Assembly (NCBI GenBank): GCA_016188075.1
Contig: JACPIO010000025.1
Location: 3,579-67,578, forward strand
From: Candidatus Wolfebacteria bacterium
Lineage (GTDB): Bacteria; Patescibacteriota; Minisyncoccia; UBA6257; UBA9933
Length of the DNA stretch: 64,000 nucleotides
Direction of reading: 5' to 3'
Shown in pieces: positions 45,524 through 54,118 of the stretch (position 1 is its first letter; each line of letters opens with the position of its first letter). The notes under the pieces were generated by a model. The model was not told the origin of the DNA, did no database searches, and saw nothing but the letters and a program-made list of their open reading frames with translations. Made by a program: the position numbers and the translations under genes.

Positions 45524-48349
45524 TTAGAATTCCTGCAAAAGTTTTAGAAGTTTCTCTTTTATCGCGTTTAAGGCTTGAGAAATAGCCGCGAGGTTCCTGG
45601 CGCGAACATCAAAGGAGGAAGTACTAGTGGAAAAATTAAAGATGCTTGTCCCGAAAAGACTGCGGTCATCGCCGTATGAGAATGTCACTACCAAGCGGTG
45701 CGGATTGTCGTTTGGACTTAACGCTTGTCCGGTGTAGGTGAAATTCGTTGACGGCGCTGGCCAGGCCGACCATGCCACGTCACCCGTTGTCCTCTTATAA
45801 AGCGTCATGCTGTATGACGGACTGGTCACGCTTGGATCTCCCGAAACAGTGATTGAGAACGGGGAAGAAACCGTTGAACCATCCGCTGGACTAGCGATGA
45901 CTGGAGGGGCATACAGCTTGAACGATTTGGTTTGGCTCGGACTGCTTTCAACACCACTCGTATCAACGGCCGTCACATAAAATTTGTATTCTCCTTGCAA
46001 AGCATCCGGAGCAAGGCCGGTAAGAGTAGTCCACCACTGCCATCCATTCACATCCCGATGATAAAGATTGGATTCACCGCTTGCCGGAAGCGGAAGAATT
46101 GACGGATTAACCGGCGTTTGCGCGCTATAAGTGTATTTCACAAATGAAGCGTCGGTCGGTCTTTTTCGATACACGTTAAAGGATTGAGTTGTTGATTGGA
46201 GGGTGTAATTAAAAACCACCTCATACCACATCTCGGGAGGTTGTGATTGGCTGCCGGCAGTGGTCACCGCCTGGATATTTGTCGGTGCTGGCGGTCCTGC
46301 TGGTAAAGTTGCCGTTGATACGGGAGCGGATTGCGCCGAAACATTCCCGGCCGCATCGTACGCGGCAACCGTGTAGCTATATGAGATTCCGGCCGAGAGT
46401 CCGGCGTCGGAGTATGAAGTCCCGTTAACTACGGTGGTAATTTGAGTAGCGCTCCGATAAATCCGGTAGCCAGTAACGCCCACATTATCTGTCGAAGCGA
46501 CCCAAGAGAGATTGATAATTTGCGAGGAAGAAACGGCTGTGGTAAGCCCGGTGGGCACCGAGGGTGCTTGGGTATCCGTAGATGGATTTGTAGCTGACCC
46601 AGTTACAGTCTCCGCCCAATTATACAAAACTTCACTACGACTCAACGCATAATTATAAATTCTCAAATTATCAAAATCGGTGTCCACCGCCGTGTCCCCG
46701 ATAATAATATCCACCGCAGGTGTTTTAGCTTGAGCCGAATCCGTATTGCGATATATGGATACTCCATCCAAATAGTATTCGGAGCCGCTTGGATCTTTTG
46801 TGTACACAACATGATGCCATTGGTTATGAGCAAGCTGGTTAGAATTTGTAACACCTACATAATATCCGGTACTGCGGTTTACGTAAGATGCTTGGATCGG
46901 CCCAAAATTGTACTCATTCCATAGTTGTCTCCAGATCCAAAAATTTACATTCCCACTAGGATAATAGTCGCGGGAACCTTTAGAAATTAAATCCTGTCTA
47001 AAGCTTTGATTGGAACGTTGGCGAAACCAAAATTCAATCGTAAAATTATCAGGCAAATCAAACATGCTATTGTAAGGAATTTTTGCAGAATCAGTTCCGG
47101 TTGGAATATATAAATACCCGCCGAATTTACCGCCGCTTGATTTAAAGAGGGCATTGCTCACTGTTATCGCGTTCGGACTCCCCGCGATTTCATTACTGCC
47201 GCTGCCGTCAAACTTCCAATAACCAATCGGCGCAGCGCTCGGCGCGGTTACCGGAACAATAATACTGAAAACGTTATTGCTCTCATCAAAATTGTTAGAG
47301 TATGCATTATTATAAACACGAATTTTGTAATCGTTTCCAGAAGCAATGGTAGCAGGAACTATCCAGTTAACACTCCCATTATTAGAAACATTGGATGCTA
47401 TCGAAATGTTATAACTTCCTGATTTGTAAAGATCGATGCTTGCGGTTGAAACGCTCGTGCCCGTTGATGTCCATGTTATAGTGTATGTATTCCCCGCGGT
47501 CCACTGTTCCCCGCCATTCGGAGAAGTAATCGCAAAAACCGGAGGCGCGACAGTGATGGTAGTCGTCGCAGTACTGCTCGCGGTGGTCGTAGTGGTTGAT
47601 GTCGATACAACGGGTGTTGTCGGAGTAGTAACGGTTCCGGCTCCGGATGCGGGAACAGTGGAAGTCGCGGAAACGGCTGGTACTGTCGGAATTATTCCTG
47701 AAAGAGTGGTTGTTGCGGTGGCTGGCGTCGTGGTTGCCATTGATGACATTGGGGTGGCTGAAACTTCTATTTTTTTCCCGCCAGGGGCGAGGCTCGCCCC
47801 AATGGGCGGCTGAATACCCGGAGCCATTAAGAGTCCGGGAGGAATAACTCCGGAAGCTCTGCCAAGTTCTTGGAATTTGGCGATGCTTTTTGGTCCGATG
47901 ATGCCTACTGATTCAATACCGTGTTTTTCCTGCCACTTTTTTACGGCGGTTTCGGTTTTAGGACCAAAAACACCCGTGATCAAAGCATCCGGATAAATTT
48001 CTTTATCTTTAGCAAGAAATGCTTGGAGTTTACGGACATCATCGCCAGAGGAGCCGCGCGATAAGTATCGGGTAAATTCAGGTAGAGCGGTTTCGGTTTT
48101 GGTGGTTGTTATCTCTGGTGTTGTCGTCACGGTTGGCGTCTCTATTTCTGGAGGCGTTGCGGCTTCCGGCGATCTACCAAGTTCTATCTGCAGTGTAGTC
48201 ACTTGTTGCTGGAGCGACTGAATTAGTTTCAAGAGATCCTGAATTTGTTTTTGAAGATCAGCGATGGAAGCTGGTTGGCTAAAAACTTGGGCGAAAACTA
48301 AAGAAGGAAGGAAGATTATGAAAAATAATAAGACAAGGAGTTTTTTCAT
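45524..48349 (-). CDS. giant secreted protein (941 aa): signal peptide, peptidoglycan-binding domain, Thr-rich linker, FN3-like modules, LamG/concanavalin-like domain
   Basis: PG_binding-like DDVRKLQAFLAKDK...GVFGPKTETAVKKWQEKHG; LamG block shares signatures with the N-terminus of the 245-6304 protein. Confidence 0.7.
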   Translation of the reverse strand: MKKLLVLLFFIIFLPSLVFAQVFSQPASIADLQKQIQDLLKLIQSLQQQVTTLQIELGRSPEAATPPEIETPTVTTTPEITTTKTETALPEFTRYLSRGSSGDDVRKLQAFLAKDKEIYPDALITGVFGPKTETAVKKWQEKHGIESVGIIGPKSIAKFQELGRASGVIPPGLLMAPGIQPPIGASLAPGGKKIEVSATPMSSMATTTPATATTTLSGIIPTVPAVSATSTVPASGAGTVTTPTTPVVSTSTTTTTASSTATTTITVAPPVFAITSPNGGEQWTAGNTYTITWTSTGTSVSTASIDLYKSGSYNISIASNVSNNGSVNWIVPATIASGNDYKIRVYNNAYSNNFDESNNVFSIIVPVTAPSAAPIGYWKFDGSGSNEIAGSPNAITVSNALFKSSGGKFGGYLYIPTGTDSAKIPYNSMFDLPDNFTIEFWFRQRSNQSFRQDLISKGSRDYYPSGNVNFWIWRQLWNEYNFGPIQASYVNRSTGYYVGVTNSNQLAHNQWHHVVYTKDPSGSEYYLDGVSIYRNTDSAQAKTPAVDIIIGDTAVDTDFDNLRIYNYALSRSEVLYNWAETVTGSATNPSTDTQAPSVPTGLTTAVSSSQIINLSWVASTDNVGVTGYRIYRSATQITTVVNGTSYSDAGLSAGISYSYTVAAYDAAGNVSAQSAPVSTATLPAGPPAPTNIQAVTTAGSQSQPPEMWYEVVFNYTLQSTTQSFNVYRKRPTDASFVKYTYSAQTPVNPSILPLPASGESNLYHRDVNGWQWWTTLTGLAPDALQGEYKFYVTAVDTSGVESSPSQTKSFKLYAPPVIASPADGSTVSSPFSITVSGDPSVTSPSYSMTLYKRTTGDVAWSAWPAPSTNFTYTGQALSPNDNPHRLVVTFSYGDDRSLFGTSIFNFSTSTSSFDVRARNLAAISQALNAIKEKLLKLLQEF

Positions 48350-48474
48350 GTTTTAATCCAAGCGCCAGCAATTCCTCGCCGCTTGCGGCGCAGACGGGTT
48401 CACTATTTTTTTATCTTCTTACATAATAGCACTGTCAAGGATGGCAAAACAAGAAACAGTTATCCACAAAGGAG

Positions 48475-48981
48475 TTATGCGAAGTTTTTATGGGCTGATT
48501 CTAATTCTTGTAAAGCGGCTGTTTTGTCTCTGAAACCTTTAATCTCCACAGTCTTGTTCTTTTGAGCTCCTAATTCTCGGAAAAATTCTTCAAAAATGGT
48601 TTTGTAGTCAAAAGGCAGATCATCCAACTTCTCATATTTTTGAGATGCGGGATCGGCAATCGGCGCTGCTAAAATTTTATTATCCTTTTCGCCTCGATCA
48701 AGAAGTTCAATCATACCAATGGCGCGGCATTCGACAATGGTTCCTAAGGCGACAGAGCGCGAGCCCAATACAAACGCGTCGAGGTGGTCTCCGTCTCCAC
48801 CGCGCGTTTCCGGTATATACCCGTAATCAAACGGAAAATTGAATCCGTTCGTAAAAATCCAATCCAGCTTTATCGCATCCAGGTCTTCGTCGTATTCGTA
48901 CTTTACCTCGCTGCCTTTGGGAATTTCAACCACCGCATTGAATTTTTCCGGCGCTCCAAATGGTATATTTTTATAGCTCAT
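48475..48981 (-). CDS. ppa: inorganic pyrophosphatase
   Basis: GGDGDHLDAFVL and KYEYDEDLD motifs. Confidence 0.85.
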   Translation of the reverse strand: MSYKNIPFGAPEKFNAVVEIPKGSEVKYEYDEDLDAIKLDWIFTNGFNFPFDYGYIPETRGGDGDHLDAFVLGSRSVALGTIVECRAIGMIELLDRGEKDNKILAAPIADPASQKYEKLDDLPFDYKTIFEEFFRELGAQKNKTVEIKGFRDKTAALQELESAHKNFA

Positions 48982-49319
48982 TTTAATTTATCGCCAATCT
49001 TAACGGATTTTTTCGCTGGGGTGACCAAAACCCAGCCAATGCCGTCGGTATTCGGGAAACCCAAAGTAAGCACTTCAGAAAGGAATTTGCCAATTCGTTT
49101 TGCCGGGAAATTTACAACGCATATCACAAGCATTCCTAAAAGCTCCTCTTTGGTATGCGGCCCGACGGCTTGAACGCTTGAGGTCTTAATTCCGATCTCT
49201 GGACCAAAATCAATTTTCAGTTTAAATGAGGGATTCCGCGCCTCGGGGAAATCCAAAACCTCGGCTATTTTCCCTAACCGGATATCCACTTTTTCAAAAT
49301 CTTCAAAAGTGATGGTCAT
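48978..49319 (-). CDS. CsaA/Trbp111-like tRNA-binding domain protein
   Basis: FEKVDIRLGKIAEV ... (EMAP/tRNA-binding OB fold); track ORF extends to 49394. Confidence 0.6.
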   Translation of the reverse strand: MTITFEDFEKVDIRLGKIAEVLDFPEARNPSFKLKIDFGPEIGIKTSSVQAVGPHTKEELLGMLVICVVNFPAKRIGKFLSEVLTLGFPNTDGIGWVLVTPAKKSVKIGDKLK

Positions 49320-49350
49320 AGATTTTTGAGGGGGGATGGGGGAGTCGAAT

Positions 49351-49878
49351 TTAAATAGGAAGCCATTTCGCTTCCCAAAGAATCTCTTCCGCAACAGCCT
49401 TTATTGATTTATTTTCAGTATCTACGACAAAATCCTCAATTCGATCCCGTTCCAATTGTTTTTCAAGTTCGACGGCTCGTTCCAAGTGCCAGTTTAACGA
49501 AATTCCTGTTTCCCGATTTTTGAGCCGTTCGTGAAGGATCGCAACCGGAGTTTTAAGTCGTACGATTTGAATATCAGCTTCTGGTATCGCGGCGGCTATG
49601 CTGTCTCGATCGCTCCGTTCTTCGATTACGCTCGGAATTATCACGTGGGTAACACCGACTTCTTTATAATTTTGCCACACCGAAGCGAGATTTTTGTATC
49701 CCAAAGCCATGTGATGTGGATCGTCCGCGGGCCGAGGAAAAGAACTTCTCAAATTATCAAGATCAATAACCGCATTCGGAATCGATTGTTCCGAGAGAAT
49801 TTCAGATATTGCGTTCGCGGCACTAGTCTTCCCAGCGCCGACCGCACCGCTTATAACGAGTACACTTAACTTTCTCAT
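49351..49878 (-). CDS. P-loop kinase-like protein (zeta-toxin / AAA_33-like)
   Basis: Walker A ISGAVGAGKTSA; Walker-B-like VIDLDNL. Confidence 0.5.
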   Translation of the reverse strand: MRKLSVLVISGAVGAGKTSAANAISEILSEQSIPNAVIDLDNLRSSFPRPADDPHHMALGYKNLASVWQNYKEVGVTHVIIPSVIEERSDRDSIAAAIPEADIQIVRLKTPVAILHERLKNRETGISLNWHLERAVELEKQLERDRIEDFVVDTENKSIKAVAEEILWEAKWLPI

Positions 49879-49988
49879 AATAGGAGTTAAATTCCTATGG
49901 TTGTCCAGTTCGGTTTAGCTAGTGATAGGATGCATCAACAATTATAAGCCTTCTTTCTGGGTCAAAATAGGGGAGTAACTAACCCGTC

Positions 49989-50834
49989 TCAGTCAATGAT
50001 ATATTTATTGATTAAAGTTTCCAAGCTAATCCAGTTTGTTATTTCAGACTGAAGTTTTTTTATAAAATTATCGCAATCAATACCTCCTATTAGATGGTTA
50101 TTCTTTATAAATTTACAAATCCAAAAGAATCGACCCTCATGAGAGGTGTCTATTTGCATCCATCGAAACATTATACCTAATGTTTTATCGTTGCTCTTAA
50201 AAAATGAATTTGTGGCGTTTATAATTACACTTTCTATGCTGGAATTTTCTACCCATATCTCTGAAATTTTTATGAAAAGTAGCGATGGTTCGCCGCCTGG
50301 AACCTGCGTTTTCGCTTGGTTCAATGTATCTAGCAAAGTAGCTTCACTCAATTTAGTACTATCTATTTTATGTTTTACTTCACAATTTACCTCTATCTCG
50401 TCCTTAATTTTTATATCGAAATCTGAACCTTTTAGACCATGAGGTTTTACAAAATCAAATGCAATGCGCCTGCCGTATAAATGCTTCGCCGCTTCAAGTT
50501 CGGCGTAGCGTGAAGTTAAATTCCCTTGCTTTATATCACGTATAATTCTTGATATGCCAGTTACGTTTTGTAAATTATATACTCTCTCGGCTAATTTAAA
50601 GATTAACTCTTGCCATTGATATCCATGGTCATAAGATTTTAAATATCCCCTAGCTTCTTCTGTTTTTGTTGGTTTATTTGGATGTTGATAATGGATTGCT
50701 TGATTTGTCCACTCAAGACCGAAAAAAAATATTAGTATTTCTCGAGCCAGTGCCAACTTGTGGAACTCACAACTATGTTGCGGATATTTTGATTTTAGAA
50801 TATTGCAAATATATTCAATCTTGTTTTCTGTCAT
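49989..50834 (-). CDS. hypothetical protein, strongly AT-rich, with possible PD-(D/E)XK signature (DFDIKIKDEIEVNCEVK)
   Basis: 281 aa; about 30% GC versus about 48% for neighbours; adjacent to tRNA-Gln. Confidence 0.4.
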   Translation of the reverse strand: MTENKIEYICNILKSKYPQHSCEFHKLALAREILIFFFGLEWTNQAIHYQHPNKPTKTEEARGYLKSYDHGYQWQELIFKLAERVYNLQNVTGISRIIRDIKQGNLTSRYAELEAAKHLYGRRIAFDFVKPHGLKGSDFDIKIKDEIEVNCEVKHKIDSTKLSEATLLDTLNQAKTQVPGGEPSLLFIKISEIWVENSSIESVIINATNSFFKSNDKTLGIMFRWMQIDTSHEGRFFWICKFIKNNHLIGGIDCDNFIKKLQSEITNWISLETLINKYIID

Positions 50835-50877
50835 AACATTCTTCCAGGCGAATGAAATACATTCGCAGCGCCTTAGC

Positions 50878-50951
50878 TGGCTGCGGGGCTAGGAATCGGA
50901 CCTAGATTCCATGGTTCAGAGCCATGTTGCCTACCATTAGCAGACCCCGCA
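50878..50951 (-). tRNA. tRNA-Gln (anticodon CUG), CCA encoded
   Basis: minus-strand reading: tgcgggg-tc-tgc-taatggtag-gca-a-catgg-ctCTGaa-ccatg-gaat-ctagg-tccgatt-cctag-ccccgca-g-cca; the T-loop deviates slightly (TCCGATT). Confidence 0.7.
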
Positions 50952-50998
50952 AATAATATAACCAATAACTAACAACATACAACCTACAACAAGTTAAA

Positions 50999-52144
50999 TC
51001 ACATTTCAACGGGTTTCCCGCCTTCAATCTGAATTTTTTTCAATTTCAACACCGACGCGCGAGTCGGTGCTCCGACTCCTTCGGGACGTCGGAGTTTTCC
51101 GTTAATTAATTCCGCCTCCAAAATTTTTATTCTTTGAGGTCCACCCTTCGACGGGCTCAGGGTAAATACTCCTGGTTCGGGATTTAAAGCCCGAATTTTC
51201 CGCTCTATTTGAATCGCGATTTCTCCGCCCTCGCTCCGCGCGTTTTCTAAATCCGCTGGTTCAATAAAAGCATCTTCAGTTTTGAATTTTTTGGTATAGG
51301 TGGCTCGCGATTCGTCTTGGGGTGTGAGGTTCAATCTCCCAAATATTGACTCTAATTCATGAGGAGATTGAACCTCCCGAAATTGATTCAAAAATTCCAC
51401 CAGTAAATCGCCGCCCAATTCCGCCAATTTCCGCATTAGCGATTCATAATTCATAATTCCTAATTCATAATTCTCAAGCGCTTTTTGCGCGAGAACTGGT
51501 CCGTGATCCACTTTTTCATCCATTAAAAAAAGCGTTACGCCGGTTTCTTTTTCGCCGTTCAAAATCGCGGACTGAATAGGGGAGGGGCCGCGGTATTTTG
51601 GCAAGAGCGACGGATGAATTCCGATTGAGCCGAGCCGCGGAATCTCCAAAATTTCTTTGGGAAGAATTTTCGCGTAAGCGGCAACTACAAAGAAATCATA
51701 TTCCCGATATAATAAATTTGCCGTGGGTCCGGAATGGTTCGGGTTCGGGATTGACACCCGAGACCCCGGGGCTCGATTCCCCGCGGATCCACGGTCTTCT
51801 GATTTATCCACAAGGGGGCTTGACAACTGGTCATCGTTTAATATACTAATGTTAGGTGTCAATCCCGGATTTCTCGAATCATTCGAGGTTTCGGCAAAAG
51901 CCCCGTTTAAAGCGGGGTTTTTGGTTTTTAAATTTTCTGGTTGCCAAACCGGGATATCGTATTTTTGAGCAATAATTTTGGTAGGGGGTGATGTCAGTAT
52001 CTTTTTTCTTCCCACTGGCCGGTCGGGATTGCAAACAACCACTCCCGGCGCGAAACCGGCTTTAATCAATCTCTCCAAAATAATGGCGGCGAACTCAGGA
52101 GTACCGAAGAATACGAAATTTGGATTACGAAAATACGAAATCAT
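50999..52144 (-). CDS. fmt: methionyl-tRNA formyltransferase carrying two in-frame inserts
   Basis: FGTPEFA, HPSLLPKYRG, C-terminal domain; 381 aa versus about 315; about 65-aa GC-rich insert between the VWQP and VVAAYAKIL blocks (DNA 51721-51925); ENYELGIMNYES encoded by the 8-bp array. Confidence 0.85.
   Translation of the reverse strand: MISYFRNPNFVFFGTPEFAAIILERLIKAGFAPGVVVCNPDRPVGRKKILTSPPTKIIAQKYDIPVWQPENLKTKNPALNGAFAETSNDSRNPGLTPNISILNDDQLSSPLVDKSEDRGSAGNRAPGSRVSIPNPNHSGPTANLLYREYDFFVVAAYAKILPKEILEIPRLGSIGIHPSLLPKYRGPSPIQSAILNGEKETGVTLFLMDEKVDHGPVLAQKALENYELGIMNYESLMRKLAELGGDLLVEFLNQFREVQSPHELESIFGRLNLTPQDESRATYTKKFKTEDAFIEPADLENARSEGGEIAIQIERKIRALNPEPGVFTLSPSKGGPQRIKILEAELINGKLRRPEGVGAPTRASVLKLKKIQIEGGKPVEM
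51442..51473. repeat. 8-bp periodic array (attcataattcataattcctaattcataattc) in-frame in fmt
   Basis: same family as 19166-19206. Confidence 0.6.
51721..51925. mobile_element. ~200-bp GC-rich MITE-like element inserted in-frame in fmt, containing a plus-strand tRNA-like fold and 12-bp inverted repeats
   Basis: IR gggattgacacc (51747-51758) / ggtgtcaatccc (51855-51866); tRNA-like at 51725-51791 (acceptor gggtccg/cggatcc, anticodon arm tcggg-attgaca-cccga, T-arm cgggg-ctcgatt-ccccg, no D-arm); hairpin + T-run ccccgtttaaagcggggttttt at 51901-51922. Confidence 0.55.
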
Positions 52145-52160
52145 ACGAAAAATACGAAAT
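52110..52160. repeat. TACGAA periodic array at one end of the GxxExxY unit (overlaps the fmt N-terminus)
   Basis: atacgaaat, ttacgaaaa, tacgaaatca, tacgaaaaa, tacgaaatt. Confidence 0.6.
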
Positions 52161-52570
52161 TATTTTATATTGACTACTCTTTTAAATTTTACTCCTGATT
52201 TTGTAAATCTAGCTAGTATTCCTAATTTTAAATTCGTTGATTTTAAATAATTATAAATTTGCTCTATGTCTTTTTTACTAAAAACATTTCCTTGTTTAAT
52301 TTCTAAAACTATCTTTCCTTCAATTAAAAAATCTAAATAAATTGTTGTAATAAAATTATTTCTATAATTTATTCTAATTGGTAGTTCTTTTTCGTAATTA
52401 ATATTGGATTTTTTAAAGGCAATTTCTATGGCTTTTTGATATTGATTTTCTTTATAGCCAAAACCCAATTCTAAAAATACATCAAAAAGAACACCAATTA
52501 TCTGATAACTAAGTTCAGGATATAGTAAATCGGGGTTGTAAACTTTATTGTTTTTCGTACTTTCGTACAT
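52160..52570 (-). CDS. free-standing GxxExxY / PD-(D/E)XK nuclease-like protein
   Basis: LSYQIIGVLFDVFLELGFGYKENQYQKAIEIAF ... DFLIEGKIVLEIK; inserted between def and fmt. Confidence 0.7.
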   Translation of the reverse strand: MYESTKNNKVYNPDLLYPELSYQIIGVLFDVFLELGFGYKENQYQKAIEIAFKKSNINYEKELPIRINYRNNFITTIYLDFLIEGKIVLEIKQGNVFSKKDIEQIYNYLKSTNLKLGILARFTKSGVKFKRVVNIK

Positions 52571-53099
52571 TTTCGTACTTTCGTAAGTTCTTACATTTAT
52601 CGATGTACAAAATTCCATTTAGGTGGTCTACTTCATGTTGAAAAACTTTAGCCAAAAGTCCCCAGGCTTTGATTTTGATTTTTTTAGCGTTTTTATCCTG
52701 GCCGACAAGAGTAATTTTTTCCGGGCGTTCCACGTCGCCGTAATATCCTCCGGGCACGCTTAAGCAACCTTCTTCCATTAAGGTTTTTTTATCGGAGGTT
52801 TTTATTATTTTCGGATTAAAAATAGCGTAAAACTTCTGGTCTTCCGAGGTCACTGAATTAGCGCTTCGTCGCGAGGTGGCCCTTACTTGCGCCACAAATA
52901 CTCGCATATCAAGGCCGATTTGATTGGCAGCTAATCCGATCCCATCCGCCTCAATCATTTTCTCTTTCATTTCTTTTACCATCGCATTAATTTCTTTCTT
53001 GCTATATTTAGTAAAATCAAAATTCGCCGTCTGCCTGCGCAAAAATTTTTCTTCTGCCTTGTTATCTCTTGTTAAAATTTTTAAATTTTGATTTGGCAT
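52545..53099 (-). CDS. def: peptide deformylase
   Basis: GIGLAANQIG, EGCLSVPG, HEVDHLNG; start taken at MPNQ (53099); the track ORF extends to 53177 through a repeat-rich region. Confidence 0.85.
   Translation of the reverse strand: MPNQNLKILTRDNKAEEKFLRRQTANFDFTKYSKKEINAMVKEMKEKMIEADGIGLAANQIGLDMRVFVAQVRATSRRSANSVTSEDQKFYAIFNPKIIKTSDKKTLMEEGCLSVPGGYYGDVERPEKITLVGQDKNAKKIKIKAWGLLAKVFQHEVDHLNGILYIDKCKNLRKYENVRKYEKQ
52553..52590. repeat. TTCGTA periodic array at the other end of the GxxExxY unit (inverted orientation)
   Basis: ttcgtactttcgtacattttcgtactttcgtaag. Confidence 0.6.
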
Positions 53100-53436
53100 T
53101 TTTTCGTACTTTCGCCCGCCTCGCCGACTCGACCTCCGTAGCCACTTCGGCGAAGGAAGCAGCCTTCGGCGTAGCACGGGTATATTTTCGCACTTTCGTA
53201 AGTAGTGTCATGAAGTACGCTCCTTTATTGCTCACATTTTTTCTGTCGGAAACATCTCGCGCCAATTCCAATAGTTTTTGCTGGTCTTTTTCTTTGGCTA
53301 ATTTGATATAGAGCGATTTATGTTTTTCGTCGTTCAAAAGTTGGCTAATCAAAAGTCCGGTTAATTGATATTTCCGATAAACCCGACTCTTCTTGGCGCG
53401 CTCTTTAAGGGTTTCGATGTAACCTGTTTTTTCCAT
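53062..53436 (-). CDS. hypothetical basic protein
   Basis: 124 aa; overlaps the def start; contains a GC-rich segment flanked by TTCGTA units. Confidence 0.35.
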   Translation of the reverse strand: MEKTGYIETLKERAKKSRVYRKYQLTGLLISQLLNDEKHKSLYIKLAKEKDQQKLLELARDVSDRKNVSNKGAYFMTLLTKVRKYTRATPKAASFAEVATEVESARRAKVRKNAKSKFKNFNKR

Positions 53437-53521
53437 TTCAATTTAATTTATTTCCGATTTGACTTATTTTCTAAAGAAATTTAGCATAAAAGAGACGTCT
53501 GGGCAATTAGGGAGAATTTTT

Positions 53522-54106
53522 ATGAATCCTGAAAAAATCGTAAATTTTTTCTTCGAGGTGGCGAGTTTGCGGCGACTCACCCGTTCTCATCGCCAATTTA
53601 TCGGCGAAGTCAGCGATAACATTTCCGACCATAGTTTCCGAACGGCAATCATCGGTATGATTTTAGCCGAATTGGAAAAAGCGGATGTGAATAAGGTGAT
53701 AAAGATGTGTTTGTTCCACGATTTGGCCGAGGCGCGAACCGGCGATGTTCACGCAACAAATAAATTTTACGTTGACGTTAAAGAAGCAGAAGCGGAAAAA
53801 GATCAGCTGGAAGGATTGCCGATATTTGAAGAAATTTTTTCTCTGCTGGAAGAATATAAAAGAAAGGAAACCAAGGAATCAATCGTGGCAAAAGACGCCG
53901 ATTTAATAGACCAAATGCTATTACAGCAAGAATATTTTTATAAAGACCCAGACGGTGAAAATCATAAATTATGGCAGGATTTTTCAGCTAAAGGATTAAA
54001 AACCCAATCAGCAAAAGATCTCGCGGAAAAAATCAGAAACACTAATCCTCTTGAATGGCATTACGAGGTGTACGAAAAAAAATCAGGGAAGAAATTGGAG
54101 CGATAA
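53522..54106 (+). CDS. HD-domain hydrolase (YfbR-like 5'-deoxynucleotidase family)
   Basis: HSFRTAIIGMILA ... CLFHDLAEARTGDV. Confidence 0.65.
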   Translation: MNPEKIVNFFFEVASLRRLTRSHRQFIGEVSDNISDHSFRTAIIGMILAELEKADVNKVIKMCLFHDLAEARTGDVHATNKFYVDVKEAEAEKDQLEGLPIFEEIFSLLEEYKRKETKESIVAKDADLIDQMLLQQEYFYKDPDGENHKLWQDFSAKGLKTQSAKDLAEKIRNTNPLEWHYEVYEKKSGKKLER

Positions 54107-54118
54107 GGCGTTGATCAA

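Noticed and set aside
51725-51791. Calling the fmt-internal tRNA-like sequence a functional tRNA gene
   Set aside because: No D-arm, anticodon-loop position 37 is a pyrimidine, and there is no CCA. Reported as tRNA-like/derived only.
53150-53165. GGAAGCAGCC as the SRP RNA domain IV motif
   Set aside because: An exact 10-mer match, but the flanks are direct repeats (cttcggcg) rather than the long complementary strands of a 4.5S hairpin. No CAGG opposite strand. It lies inside a coding region.
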